Positions 1 to 13,414 of a stretch of 64,000 nucleotides of DNA are shown one piece after another; position 1 is the first letter of the stretch; every line of letters begins with the position of its first letter. Source of the stretch: Girardia tigrina. Its lineage: Eukaryota. The notes under the pieces are model-generated. The model searched no databases. It saw only the letters and a list, made by a program, of their open reading frames with translations, and was not told the origin of the DNA. The stretch covers positions 16,394 to 80,393 of the forward strand of contig MQRK01231351.1 of NCBI GenBank assembly GCA_001938485.1. Direction: 5' to 3'. The position numbers and the translations under genes are program-made.

Positions 1-110
1 GTAAGAGTAGCTTCTGCCATGTCTACCAGCAAAAATAAAATTATGTAATTATAACACACAAAAAGATATGGTGTCTATATTACGTGTTCTCAAATAGCTG
101 CCGCACCCTG
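1..110 (-). mobile_element. 5' end/TIR of a young DD37D (maT-type) Tc1/mariner element, cut by the window start
   Basis: Exact reverse complement of 18084-18193; TIR CAGGGTGCGGCAGCTATTTGAGAAC followed by TA at 111-112. Confidence 0.85.
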
Positions 111-412
111 TATCTACAGCGTTATATCGTTTACATCATTTTAAATAATGGTACTAAACTCAAATTCTCACAGAAAAATTATTATTATTAAAATCACACG
201 AAAATAACTTTCCGTAATAATAATTTAATTTTTAACTGTTAGGTTTTCTTTGTGAGCCGTTATTAAGATGAAGAGTTTTGTAAGAGGAATATTTCTGGAA
301 TCTTTTTCAGTTCCTTCTTGAAATGAAAGGAAGAAAATTATACAAAAACAAAAATGTGTACTGCTTTACAAATTTTAATTGGGAAATAATTTCGTCTGGT
401 TTTTTATTGTTC

Positions 413-1213
413 TATTGAATTGCCCGAACAGTAATGTGCATTCTTTCATGAAAATTAAAATCATTTTTTATAAGGAAGAACAAAATTTATTCAGTAAATT
501 ATTTCCGTTCAGTAAAGATTACCTTTACCAATCTTTCAGGGAGTTTCAAAATTCCATCGATATAGAACTGTATCGGTTTTGACTCAAAAAATGCATTCAC
601 ATAGTTTTTGATAGCTTCACAGTTGACATAAGATTTTCCATTCAAAGAATTCTGCAAGGACCAGAATAAATTGAAGACTGATGGAGCAAAATAAGGTGAA
701 TATGATGGGTGGGGTAACACTTTCTAACCAAGCTCGTATAATTTTCTACGAGTGATATACAGAAACATGTGGTTTTGCATTGTTATGTTGAAGCAGAACA
801 CATTTTCTGTTAGCCAGTTCCGATTGCTTTCCTGTATTTTTTGGTTCAAATTTTCTAGCTGATTAAGGTGGAAGAAAGAAGAATATGACACCTTTCAAAT
901 TCAACCAAACATAGAGCATGATTTTTTTGGTATATGGAAGCCGTTAAAATGGCTTAAGGAGGCTTAAATGAGTGACTCCAAAATTTCTTTTTAACTATAT
1001 TAATATAGACAGTCCAATTCTCAACTCTTGTTATAACTTGTCTCCGAAATTGCATTTTTTTGTTGCGTTTTATGAGCATATCGCATATCGAAATCCAATA
1101 GATTAATAGATTGATACTTAATATAAAACCTGGAGAGTTTTAATTAACTTATATAGCTAATAATACCCGTTAAAGTACCTATGTGCTAAACGCGCATTTG
1201 GACAACCCAATAT
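413..1213 (-). mobile_element. Degenerate DD34D mariner (mellifera-like)
   Basis: ORF 499-720 LPHPSYSPYFAPSVFNLFWSL (YSPDLAPxD motif); decayed TTGGGTTGTCC-like TIRs at ~413 and ~1213. Confidence 0.75.
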
Positions 1214-1447
1214 ACGGAGTAAAGTTTAATGATAAATCAAGATGATAACTTTTGGTTTGTTAAAAATCTTTGATATAAATTTAATGAAAGTATTTGTAAT
1301 TTTCTTTATGTTTTATAAAACGTAGCTTCAGAAATTGAGCCTACTCTCTAGAAGTTTCCAAATTTTCTAATATATAAAAATGAATATATAGCATAAATAC
1401 TGTTATTAGAATATATTCGAATTAGTTTAAGTATAAATTTTAATTTT

Positions 1448-2220
1448 AATTTAACAGTCATGGATTTTGAACAATAATTTTGGTGTTCTTTTTTGCAGAT
1501 TAACATTTAAGTAATATATTATAAAAATATTATATATGCTACTGTTAACAAAGATTTCGTTAATATAGAACATATCCCGAACACATTTCTATCTTTAACG
1601 AACTATTAACAGCAAATATTTCGGTATGAATTATTTATAATTTAATAATAAACAATCATATAATAAACAATATATTCGGTTCAATAGAAATAAATAAATA
1701 CCATTAGAATATATACTAAATGCGCCGAAAATTTAAGTTTACTTTCATGATCGTGTTCCAACTGAATGATAATTCTGATTAAATAAACATAAATAAGTCT
1801 CTTTCCTTTATCTTTTACAAATTTAGAACGAATTTAATATGTAAACAAAGGCGTTTTGATAAAATTCATAGTTCTGTTTATAAGATGTCTTTCTAAAACT
1901 CTTAACTATTTAGAATGATCACTGAGAAAAGATTTGACAAAACAAACTTTCAATGTTGCAAATCGGACAATTCAAACGGTACTTCTGATAAACTCGCTCT
2001 AATAGTTTATATGATGCTTTCACCCACAATGTTTCGAGTCTAAACAATCGTTTATACCAATTTGATGGTTCCGCGACGCTGTTTATTAAGTAGAAGAGGT
2101 TGTTCTTTCATAAATAGAATTCTACCATTCTAACAAAATTCGTGTTTAAACACATCCAACCTTCGTTGCTTAATCTTCAATAAAACCGTGACGAGAACAG
2201 ACATTATTTGCTGTTAAATT
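1448..2220 (+). ncRNA. Candidate large multibranched structured RNA domain
   Basis: AATTTAACAG(1448)/CTGTTAAATT(2211) and GTCATGG/CCGTGAC close nested stems CTGTTAA/TTAACAG, TTCGTTAA/TTAACGAA, TTTTCGGT/GCCGAAAA, ATATATTC/GAATATAT; G-U pairs on +. Confidence 0.5.
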
Positions 2221-3614
2221 CAGTTTCACTATATTTTTATTATCAATTTACGTTAATTATGATAATTATTTTACTACTATAACATTATTAAAATCAATTT
2301 ACCATTTCAAATGTTTTATTTATTAATTTATTATTTATTTATATTTTTCTAGTACAACAACGAAAATATTAATCTTATTTTGATATTACATGAAACTAAG
2401 CTTTCATAGATATAAAGGGAATTTTTTAGAAAAGAAATATATTTTAATATCTAAAATATTTAATCATGTCAGCTAAGGACATTTATGTTATGTTAGAACC
2501 GTCACCTTTTTCAAGGTATAATATGGCTTATCAATAGGAATCATAAAGTCGAGACACAAATAAATAAATAAACTTTTAAATAAAAAATTGCCTCCCTTCT
2601 TTTGAAAAAATTGAAACCAGGAGTCTGGAAACACCCAATCGAAGATACATTTCCGTAGACCATTTCCATCTAAAATTTTCTTGGTAGTTCTTGTGGAATC
2701 ATTTTACCTTTCCCTACGTTATCGAACGAATTTAAAACTTTAAAAATAGTAATTAAATGAGTGTGGCTTTCGAATTTCTGTAAAAATATAATCACTTATT
2801 TTGGTAGTTCTAATTTTTCGATTTAGATTCATGGTTAATTTTACATTTTTATTCTAATAATCTGAAGCATGTTTTCTTCACATGAAAGTTTATTTATTTA
2901 TTTATATATATATTAAAGATATTCATAAAAATATTTATAAATATTGCTTAAAGGAAATTTAAATATTTATTCAACAAAAAGCAACATTTGATAACAATGG
3001 AGATTTGATAAATGTAGATCCTTGTCATTTTCTTGGATTTTAAATGGTGTATTTTAATTAATAATTATTTTTTATTTTCTTAGTTATTTAATTTTTGGTA
3101 CATTACTGTTATAATCAAATGATCATTTTTTTTAAATAATAATAATAAAAATATTAATCATAATACATAATTATATTTTTATTAAAAATGCATTTGCAAA
3201 ATAATTACGGAATTTAATCTAGGCTGTTTAATACAGATAAAAATATACTAGTGTCCGTAAAGTCTGGATACCAGATCATTTTATAATTTTATTTATTTAA
3301 TCGAGGTAATGAAAATTTTGTGAAACGTATTTATATGAGTTGGAAATACTTGAGATGATAGTGAAGATGTTATTTGAGTAAAATTAGATTGTGAAAATAA
3401 ATCTTAATTTTAATTGAAAGCCCAAAATATCCAATTGTACTGAGTCCATATATGGACACCATTTAAATCGAATTCGGTGCGAAATGCATCATATGTAACA
3501 TCCTTTTAATGTCATTTTAATTAAATTATTTATTTTATAATAAATAACTTAGATTTTATCATTTAATTTTTAAAATTTTTTGTTTCAAGATTAATTAATT
3601 CTTTAATATTTTAG

Positions 3615-4097
3615 AACAATGCCACAAACGTAATTTATCAATGTTTAACAAAATTGGAAATAAACGAATTAAGAAAATTTGAAATCTTTGACTCAGTATC
3701 ATTGCCAAATAACGTTTCCTCATTTTCACATGAATTTTCAATCATCCTACCAAGATCAAAATTGTCTGCAATTTTATCCAACAATTTTTCAAATATTACT
3801 GAAGCTTTGATTTCAAGTGACGATGAGCGCGAAGAAACAGATTTCAAGCAAAATAAAATAGATAAAACTTATAAAGTCAAAGGATTTCTTTCCAAAAATG
3901 AAGTTTCACCATCAGTTCGATTAGCTTCATTCGAAAGTCTTTCAGACAATGAAACCTACATGGACGACGATTACGGACAACAATTTTTATTATCACAAAA
4001 TTATTTAGATAATTCATATGAACAATTATTTGCAAATTTAGATGAATTTAATTTACCGAAAAGTTATTCAAAAGATGTATTTAATGATATAAAATAA
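3615..4097 (+). CDS. Putative terminal coding exon of an unidentified host gene (acidic, Ser-rich)
   Basis: Acceptor tttag at 3614; open frame NNATNVIYQCLTKLEINELRKF...FNDIK* of ~160 codons in very AT-rich DNA; AATAAA motifs downstream; no recognised domain. Confidence 0.5.
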   Translation, partial: NNATNVIYQCLTKLEINELRKFEIFDSVSLPNNVSSFSHEFSIILPRSKLSAILSNNFSNITEALISSDDEREETDFKQNKIDKTYKVKGFLSKNEVSPSVRLASFESLSDNETYMDDDYGQQFLLSQNYLDNSYEQLFANLDEFNLPKSYSKDVFNDIK

Positions 4098-5149
4098 AAT
4101 TGTAATTTTGTTTTAATATCTCAATTTAATCATTTGACCTTATGTCGCAATTTTAACTATAGTGCCTTATAGTGAATTTTTATACTTTTTTCAACGTGAG
4201 TTTGTAACTTATTATTTATTATAAAAACTTGATAATAAATAATATTTTATTTTTATGGGAAATTTATTAATCATTTTTATGAAAAATTTAAATTTATTAA
4301 AATTATTTTTTACTATTTTATTATTATTTAAAAATTGAAAAAAAATATTTTTTTAATAAAGTTGAAATATTTTTAAAGTAAAATATGGAAAAAAAATTTT
4401 TCCATCAAAATTTTTATTTTACAAATTTATGTAATTTTTAATTGATGTTATAATGTTGATTTAGAATGAATTTTTTTTAATACATTTAATTAAACTTATT
4501 GAACAATTTGTAAATAAAAATATTATTTCGATGTGAGTTACACAATACTATTTATTCATTTAAATAAATGCCAAGTTTTGTTTTGATATGTCCTAATACT
4601 AATTTATCTGGGACTGTTTATCTTATGGCGCCATAAACTGACTGTCATTGGTAGCCTTCAACACATTACGACTACCATTGATAATTAAATATTTCGTGTA
4701 TAACTTTTGCATGTGCTATTATATGTAGGTTCAACTGTTTTTTTTAAATATTTTAAATTAATATTTTTTAATTATTATTAATTATTAATTGTAATGATAA
4801 TGATATTTTAATTATTATATTAGTTAATTTGAAAAGATTTTAGTTATATTTTTTTAAATTTATAAAAATATATTTTAATTGGATATTTTAAATACTATTA
4901 TTTTTTTGGTATATTTTTTTCAAATGATATAAGATTCTGTATTTATATTTAATTTGTAAAAATATAATTAAAGATAGTATTTTGGTTTTTGTAAATTGAA
5001 ATTTATTAGAGTAATTTATTAGAAATAAAACATTGGACCTATTTCAATAGAAATTAAGAGTAAAATTTTCCAAAAAAGACCGAACGTTTGCACTACTTAA
5101 ACACAATATAAAATTCTAAAACTAAAATATCACATGGTTGTTATAAGCA

Positions 5150-5900
5150 AAATACAAGCGTACGATTATGCCGCATGTATTCTGGTAAAGACGCAGCTAG
5201 TTCCGTTTTCTCGATTCTCATCTTAAAATTGCTATAATTGTTTTCATTTCATTCTAATGCGATTCAATAGCCTGAGGGTTCACAAAGAATAAACTATTGT
5301 AAAATGTTTGACAATTGTATCCATAATGAGTTCATAATCAATAAATTTAACATTCATCAGAAGGAATTATTGTTCCAAATTTACATACCATTCAAATGAT
5401 TGGTACTAAAGTTTCGGCTTTACTATCATAAATAATTTTCATGCATTCTTGACATGGTCTAAAACTTGTGTCTACAATCTTAAAACCAATATTTTTCCAC
5501 TGCTCTCATATTATATTTTGTGTTACATAAAAATAACCTGTCATCGATTTGCATACCGTCTAATTTATCGGGTGATTATCGAAGTATATTCCAAAACACA
5601 ACCTTATCTTTTTGTGAATTTTTATTTAAATACTCAGATCATATAACTGATTCTTCTTTGGAATATTTCAAGAGCATTTTCAAAAATGTTTTAAGGTCAA
5701 TTTACTTTTTTTCAATTCAAATTTTTTTCATCGGGCAGATATCTTGCTTATAGTCTCTACAACCACAGTTAAAGAATCTTAACATATACTTATCACAGTT
5801 TTTAGAATGGGACATAACTTCATTTCTATGTTACACGTGTAAAACACAGGTGTACGTTTCAGTAATCTTTAACGGCTGAAGAATGATCTTTTTAGTTGTG
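5150..5900 (-). mobile_element. Highly decayed Ty3/gypsy pol (integrase-region) remnant
   Basis: Nucleotide resemblance of 5270-5370 to the gypsy integrase remnant at 25040-25130. Confidence 0.3.
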
Positions 5901-6094
5901 TCACAAGTTTTTTATTGTCGTTTCATATGATGACATTTAAAAAGAAATACAAACTTTTTTTATAATAATGAGTTTTTTATTTGTTTTACTTTTCACTAAT
6001 AAAATTATCTAATACTTACATTAATAAAAAAGTACTCCTCTTTTATAAATTATTCTATTTTATAATTTTTAAAATATTTTTTATCGAAACTATT

Positions 6095-6830
6095 TATACA
6101 TTAATAAAATGAAATACAAAGTTCAAAGCTTCCTGCCCAATAAATAGCAAACAATTTGTGGATTACAAGCTAATCTGGTTTATAAATGTAATTGTCACAA
6201 GTGTAAAAATCGTCATCTGAAAACCCGGATTTGTGAGCGTTCACAATCAAGTCAATTTACTAAGGTTTTTGATCATTGGTTACATTGTAAAAATAGAATC
6301 TCTTCGATTTCAAAGGATCAGTTTTCTGTTTTACAGAAGGTCTTTGATTTACTTTATGATAGACAATTCTGGGAATTAATACGGCACTGCAACCAATTAA
6401 TTAATATTTAAAATAAGCAAATTAAGGCCCGTCTCAATTCTTAAAATCTTTAATTAAAACAAATAAAACATTTTGCGATTAGTATCAAATTAAATCCTGA
6501 AACATTATTTTTTTACTGATAAAATTTTCCATTAATTAACATTTTAATCTCACACATTACATTATAATTGCCGAAACATGAAAATTCTTTGAAACTGAAG
6601 AGATTCTCTTTTTACAATTTAACCAATGATCAAAAACCGTACTCGATTCCTTTGATTGTGAATGCTCATTAATCCAAGTTTCCAGATGACGATTTTTACA
6701 CTCGGGACAATTACATTTATAAACCAGATTAGCTTGTAATCCACAAATCGTTTGCTAATTATTGAACATGAAGCTTTGGACTTTGTATTTCATTTTATTA
6801 ACGTTAAAATGGTTTCAATAAAAATATTAT
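6095..6830. mobile_element. Penelope-like element fragment with inverted duplication of the GIY-YIG region
   Basis: 6100-6250 is an inverted repeat of 6650-6800; encodes ANLVYKCNC..C, typical of the PLE GIY-YIG endonuclease start. Confidence 0.6.
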
Positions 6831-6859
6831 AATTTCAATATATAATAAACAAGTACCTC

Positions 6860-7500
6860 ATCATCTATCATTTGTAATCGCTTCCCTTTTTTCAAATCGT
6901 ATTTTAATACGTTTTAAAAAACTTAATTTAAAAAGATACAATACTGCATAGGGCAACAAACACTTAATACCTGTAGTTTTTAATTTAGGATATTGATTCC
7001 AAAGCGAAATCCAAAATTCTAGCAATTCTTGTACAGTAAATCCGGTTGGCAAAGGTTTACTATTTTCGTTAAGATTTAATATAGGGAATTTATTTAATGT
7101 GTCATTCATTTTATCTAAGTGGTCTGTTTCGTTAAATTTTGTAACAGTTATGTCCTTTTTCCTTAATTCGTTTTATACATTTTCTATTTTTGATATTTTA
7201 TTAATATAAATATTTGTAGCTTTCTTTAAAGCAAATTATTTGTCCTTTAGTACGTATCCTATAATACTTTGAATGTCAAATTGTTATTTTGTGTTTCATT
7301 TTGAAGAGTCCAGTATATTTTTATTCTTTTTGATAATTTTTTATTTTGCCAATATTATCGCTAAGTATTTTCTTCTCATGTTGTTGATAAAAATAATCGA
7401 TTTTAGATTTTAATTGCCACGTTTCAGTGAACAATGAAACAGAATTGAAGAATATACCTAATTGTCTTCTTACGAATAAGAGTTCCACATTAGTACCAAC
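6860..7500 (-). mobile_element. hAT (Buster/Charlie-like) transposase C-terminal remnant
   Basis: LLEFWISLWNQYPKLKTTGIKCLLPYAVLYL resembles the hAT dimerisation-domain motif FW..YP.L...LLPF.TTYLCE. Confidence 0.6.
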
Positions 7501-8144
7501 GGCACATTAGTAAAATCGGTACATACCATGAGGAAAAACCTGTGCTTTACAAGAGATAATTAGATGACGTGTTTCTTGTTCTTAGAAATCCATATCTGAT
7601 AGAAACATTCTTAAAATTCTTGAATGGTCTTCTAATATTAAATTAACTAAAGAATTGGAAGTAAATAAAAAACTTCCTTTTCTTTAAATTTTTGTTACTA
7701 GAATGAATGAAATGAACTGAATTATACGGAAAGACAAGAGATACAGATCTCTATCAAACGCCACATAGCTTTTGTGAGGAAAAATATAGAAATGGTATGA
7801 TAAAGGGTATGATAAAGTTCACAGAGTTTGAAATTTATCTTCCAATTTCTAAATCGCAGACCATGGTTTAAATATTCTTAAATGACACTTGATGGACAAA
7901 ATGTACACAAATAAACAGATAGATATCAACATTAAAGTTACATTGGACAAATTATGGAAAGAAAAATAGGTTAAGAGAGGACTAAAAAAGAAACATTGAA
8001 TAGCACAAAAATAATCGAAATACCATATTCTGAAAGATTTAGAGCATATAAAAAGAGTATTTGCAAGAATATAAATAGTGTTAAAGTAATTTCAATGATA
8101 TAAAGGTCAAAGTTTCCTTTCAAATAAATCGAAAACGGGTGTAT

Positions 8145-9090
8145 TTTGTAATTACAACTAATAAGTTTTTTTATTTAATTAGTATTATATTGTGGACAAA
8201 AGTTCGTTTCTTTTTTATTAAAGTTCAGTACTACTTAAAAAGTAAAGAAAAGAAAAAATTAAGAAAAAATAAAAATTAAAAATATTATCTTCTTTGGGAG
8301 TCGTTTTAATATTTTTGTGTAATAAAATTAAAATAAGACAAAACATTTATTTTAAGTGTAATTACTTCAAATAAGAAGTTGTTATAAATCTTAATATAAT
8401 TAAACAAATAAAAATATTAAGGAGACTTTCAATAAGTTAAACTTTTATTTATTATCTAGTATTATAAACATATTACACATAACTTTCTAAATATTAACAT
8501 TATATAATTAGGTAATAAATATTTCCTAAAAATTATTATAAGTAAAAGTGTAAAGTACCGAAAGATTAACCCTTCATTCCATAGTTTTATTTAAAAATTA
8601 CTTTTAAATATTACATTTAAACTGGTTTAAAAGATGCATTATTGAGCTTTTGAAGCTAAAATTCTGCATTAAAAACGGTTGACTTTTTGATGTTTAATTA
8701 ATTCATTAAGACATCCTTTGGTACGTAGAAAGTCTGGTACAATATGAAATTAAGGGTTATGAGATAAACGAAAGAACCTTTTCAAGTTTTTTAATAAAAA
8801 AGTATTTGAAAGATTTTGTAATTAAAACAAATAAGTTTTTTATTTCATTAATATTATTATATTTCATTAATTATAAACAAACCTTTTTTATTAAATTTGT
8901 ACCTCTTCTTAAAGTGCTCCTTTAAAAAGCTCTTAGCTTTTATTTTAAAAATTAAGAACATATTTATATTGCCTTCTTCAAGAGCCGTTTTAATGTTTTT
9001 GTATATTAAAATGAAAATAAGGCACAAAACATTACTTTTAAGTGTCATTACTTCTAAATAAGAAGTTGTTATAAATCTTAATATAATAAT
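8145..9090. repeat. Diverged ~270-bp direct repeat pair (8145-8400, 8815-9090)
   Basis: Shared TTTTGTAATT..ATAAGTTTTTT start and ATTACTTC..AATAAGAAGTTGTTATAAATCTTAATATAAT end. Confidence 0.7.
8570..8756. mobile_element. TTAA-target (piggyBac-type) MITE
   Basis: TTAA-CCCTTCATTCCATA...TATGAAATTAAGGG-TTAT termini. Confidence 0.55.
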
Positions 9091-10871
9091 TAAAAAAAGA
9101 TTTTCTAGGCATATTGTTTTCTAAAATATAATATAATTTTTAGAATATTATATATTCTAATTTATTTTATATTCATATAAACAAATACGCATTTGAGAAA
9201 GGGTTACGCAAAAGAACATTATAATTTCATGTTTCAAATAGCAAAACTAAAAAAAAAGGAAAAGAGTAAAAAGATTTTTTTGATAACTTTATACAATGAC
9301 AATTTTTCATTTAGAAAATCAGATAAAAAGACAAATTACATTACCAAAAAGCTTTTAATCATATCCAAATGAAAAAGCCATCATTAAATTTTAACGGACA
9401 AACATAAAGGTCATGCAATGTTATTTGTTTATGGATTTTTCAACAATAAAATACAAATAAATTCTGTTTAATATTATATTTTGTTTTTAATAATTATTAA
9501 AATATTTTTAAAATTATAAATTTAATTTTCGAAAAAAATTTTATTATTTATTTTTTTTATTATTTAAATTGAATTAGTTATAGCGTAACGGATAAACAAT
9601 ATAAATAAATAATTATTAATTTAAATTTTCCTCTCTAATGGCTTTAAGATTGATTGTCTAGTTCTACATTTTTATAATTACAATATTTTGTTTTATTTAT
9701 TTCGTTCTCTTTTGTAATTTTTTGCAATAAAAAAATGTTTTATAATGGAAATCATCATAAATCCTTTAAAACCACCTTCCATAACATTAAATTTTATTAA
9801 ACAGTAAAAAATAATTGTTCTTATGCGATTTGGTAATAAAAATAACATAATTCTATTATCATTTCACGGATTGTTGAATGGAAATTAATTAATGATAATT
9901 TAATGATATTTTTTATTTTAATGATATTTTACACACAAAAATTTTTAAAAGATTTTAAAACACGTTTTAATTTAACGAACAACCTTTGATAAATTAATTA
10001 ATTTATTTGTTTGTTATTTATTAAAAAACAGAATCGAAAAAAAATAATCGAATAATTTTTCAAATGATACTTTAATTTTTAAAAACTTTTAACCGATTAA
10101 TGGACATTCACAATGTGAAATTTTCTATCATTTTATTCCGCGTTCTTACACTTTTTATTTCAATTTATTACGGTTAAAGTTTTATAAAATAGTAAAAATA
10201 GATTAAAATAATTAATTTTTAAAATTATTTTACATTAACACTTTACTTAATAAAACCACTTTTCCCGGAATAATTTATATTCTCCTTGGATATCTTCATT
10301 CAATTGTTTGAACCCATCTTTTTTTCTTCACTCTAATAAAAACAATAAATATTCAAACAAATTATTTTTATTGTAATAATTTTATTAACTAAAAAACGTT
10401 TATTTATTTATTTTTAAATTATTTTATTGTTATTTTTTTGTGAATTTTTTAATTTAACTTTTTTTCAATAACACAAATTTGTTGAGTTACATTTCATAAA
10501 AAGGGTAGTCTTTAATTTTTTTTTAATTTTCCCCATGAAAAATCTTTGACTTTTTCCGACCTTTCAACAGCTCTGGAGATTTTTTTATAAAAATTTATTT
10601 TCAACTTCCATAAAAGGCATCTTGATACAATAGGGAAGACAACAGATAGGCCGACCACAAAGAATAGACCGACGAAGTTTTGTTCCGATTTGTCGTTAAT
10701 GATTAAATAAATTTAATGAATTATAACTTGATTTGTTTATCTTGTTTACCTACAATCTATTGCTGATGAATAGCTTTTTTCCGCTAATTAAAATTTTATC
10801 AGAAACTCAAAACACTGACCCAGAGAACTGGTCTTCTTTTTTTAAGTCTTCAAATATTTAACCATCAAATA

Positions 10872-13414
10872 CATTGGGCTGGCCAAAAAGTCATTGCGTT
10901 TTTACTAAAATATTTATTATCAAAAAATGACATGGATGCACAAATATTTTTACACGAAATACTGTCCATTATTTTCAATCACTTTCTTCCACCTTTCCGG
11001 TAGCTTCATTATTCCTGATTCCAAAAAAACCTTTGCCTTTGTCAGCAAAAAAGCCGTCTAGGAACGATTTGATGTCATCATCACTGGCGATTGTTTTTCT
11101 GTTTAAGGAATTCTGCAGTGATCTAAATAAGTGAAAATCCGATGGAGCCAAGTCTGGAGAATACGATGGGTGCGGCAAAACCTCCCAACCCAGTGATAAG
11201 AGTTAATGACGAGTGGTCAAACTTGTATGCGGTCTTGCGTTATCATGCTGAACTACAACTCCTTTTCGATTTGCCAATTCAGGACGTTCCTGTTGAATTG
11301 AATGAGCCAATTTCTCCAGCTGACCACAATATCTGTCTGAATTGATGGTTTAATTCCTCGGAAGGAGTTCAAAAAACACAAAAACCATATATCGAGTTTA
11401 CTGAAGAATCCAAGTTTCTTTAAATGACTTCCAACACTTGATTTTGATATTTACAGAGTCTCTGCAACTTCTCTTGTTGTCATATGTGGATTAAATTTGA
11501 TCAGTGCTGTTATTTTGTCGCCATCAACTTCAACTGGTCGAACGGAGCGTGGTGCATCTTTCAGATGAAATTTATCAGAACGAAATTTTGAAAACCAGTA
11601 TTGACACTGACGAAGTATTAAGAAGTCACTACCATATACAAAACATATTTTCTTATGAGCTTGCACAGCAGTTTTCCCTTTGCGAAAATAATGTAACAAA
11701 ACATGACGAATATGTTCATTTTGATTTTCCATTTCGAATTAACGGTAAAGTAATAAATTAAAACAAAATCAATTAATATTTTGTATAAACATAGTCTGAA
11801 AATTAAGGTTTCAGAGTATACTTAGGCTGTCCAAAAAGTCCTCAGGTGGCCTTTAAAAACACACTAATATTTTACAAAATTTAACCAAATTTGAACTAAA
11901 TATTATCAGACTGTCATAAATACTGTGTTAAAATTTCAAAGCATAAAATTAAAAAAAAAGTAAAATTTTGTTTTATTAAAGTATTGAAATATTAAAAGTG
12001 CAGCAAATTCAAATCAAGCGGTTTTTAACAATGGAACCAAATAAATGTTACCAACGTTTTTTTGTTCTAACTCAAAGTAAAAGAGGATTCTCTGCTTCAG
12101 AAAGTCTTCAGCAACTTCAGCAGGCATGGGAAGACACAAATCACCCAGTACTGAAAACTATTCAACAATGGTTGGCTGATTTTAAAAAAGAAAAGCGAAT
12201 GTCCTTCGACGATTCATCAAGAAGTGGCAGGCCGTCATTAATAGACGATGAAAAGATTAAAGCACTCAAAGAAGTGATTGGTGAAGCTCCAAATGCATCT
12301 TTGCGTTATATTGAAAATGAACTTTCTTTAGGCAAAAATACAGTTCACCAAATTTTGAGTGAAAAACTTCATTACAAAAAAGTTTGCTCTGTTTGGATCC
12401 CTCTCGCGAGCTTTCTGCTGCTAATAAACAACAACGCATTAACACTGCAAAGCATATACGCCATGTAATTTCACACGATGGGTGATGAAGCATATTCCAA
12501 CATAGCGATCGAGGATGAGACATGGGTCTTTTTCCAAGGTCGAGGAAAGAAAGAAGATCACAAAGTTTGGATTCCTTCTGATGCTGTTCCACCAAAAATG
12601 ATAAAGCCATCGCCAATGAGTGATAACAAATCTCTTGTTTTCGTAACCTTTACCTGCAACAAACGTTTTAATGTAAAAGCACTGCCATATGGTACCAAGA
12701 TTGATTCCGAGGCGTATGTGAACTTTGTTCATGACACCGGTGAAAAATAGCGGAAACTTTGATCTAACAGCATCAAGCTAAAGAAACTTAAGTGGTTTTC
12801 ATGATAATGCAAGACCTCATTCTAGCAAAGAAACAACTCTTTTTTTGAAAGAAGAAAAATTGAAAAAAATTATCAATCGCCCTATAGTCCAGATTTTAAT
12901 CTGTGTGACAGATTCTTGTTTTCAAAAATGAAGAAAAGTTTTAAAAATCATGTTTTCGAATCACATGAAGAAATTGAAGAAGTTTGTAAATTCTTTTTTA
13001 ATTCTTTATCAACAGAAACATTAAAAGATCAACTAGATAAACTTTTTAACTATTGTCAGTTGGTTATTGACAACAATGGTGAATATGTTGTTGATTAAGA
13101 AATTTTTTAAATATTTTTTTTAAATAAATTTTTAAATTCGCTGCATCTAATTTTTTTTGTTGGTTAATAATATTATTTTTTTGGTAAGTTTCAAATTTTA
13201 TGCTTTGAAATTTTAACTCAGTATTTATAACAGTCTGAATAATATTCAGTCCAAATTTGGTTAAATTTGGTAAAATATTAGTGTGTTTCTAAAAAGGTAA
13301 CCTGAGGACTTTTGGGACTTGAATTGAATTTAAATTTTATCACATCGTTTTATATTTTCAAGCTTTTTATTAGGATGTACTCAAAAACGCAATGACTTTT
13401 TGGCCAACCCAATG
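10872..13414 (-). mobile_element. Mellifera-subfamily mariner with internal deletion, interrupted by a second mariner
   Basis: TIRs TTGGGCTGGCCAAAAAGTCATTGCG / CGCAATGACTTTTTGGCCAACCCAA; ORFs MENQNEHIRHVLLHYFRKGK (11451-11732) and PHPSYSPDLAPSDFHLFRSL (10975-11178). Confidence 0.9.
11821..13320 (+). mobile_element. Divergent DD34D mariner with long (~125 bp) TIRs, nested in the 5' UTR of the mellifera element; frameshifted
   Basis: HTH ..RSGRPS, IEDETW, HDNARPH, QSPYSPDFNLCD (34 residues between D2 and D3); 11829-11950 inverted at 13195-13318. Confidence 0.9.
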
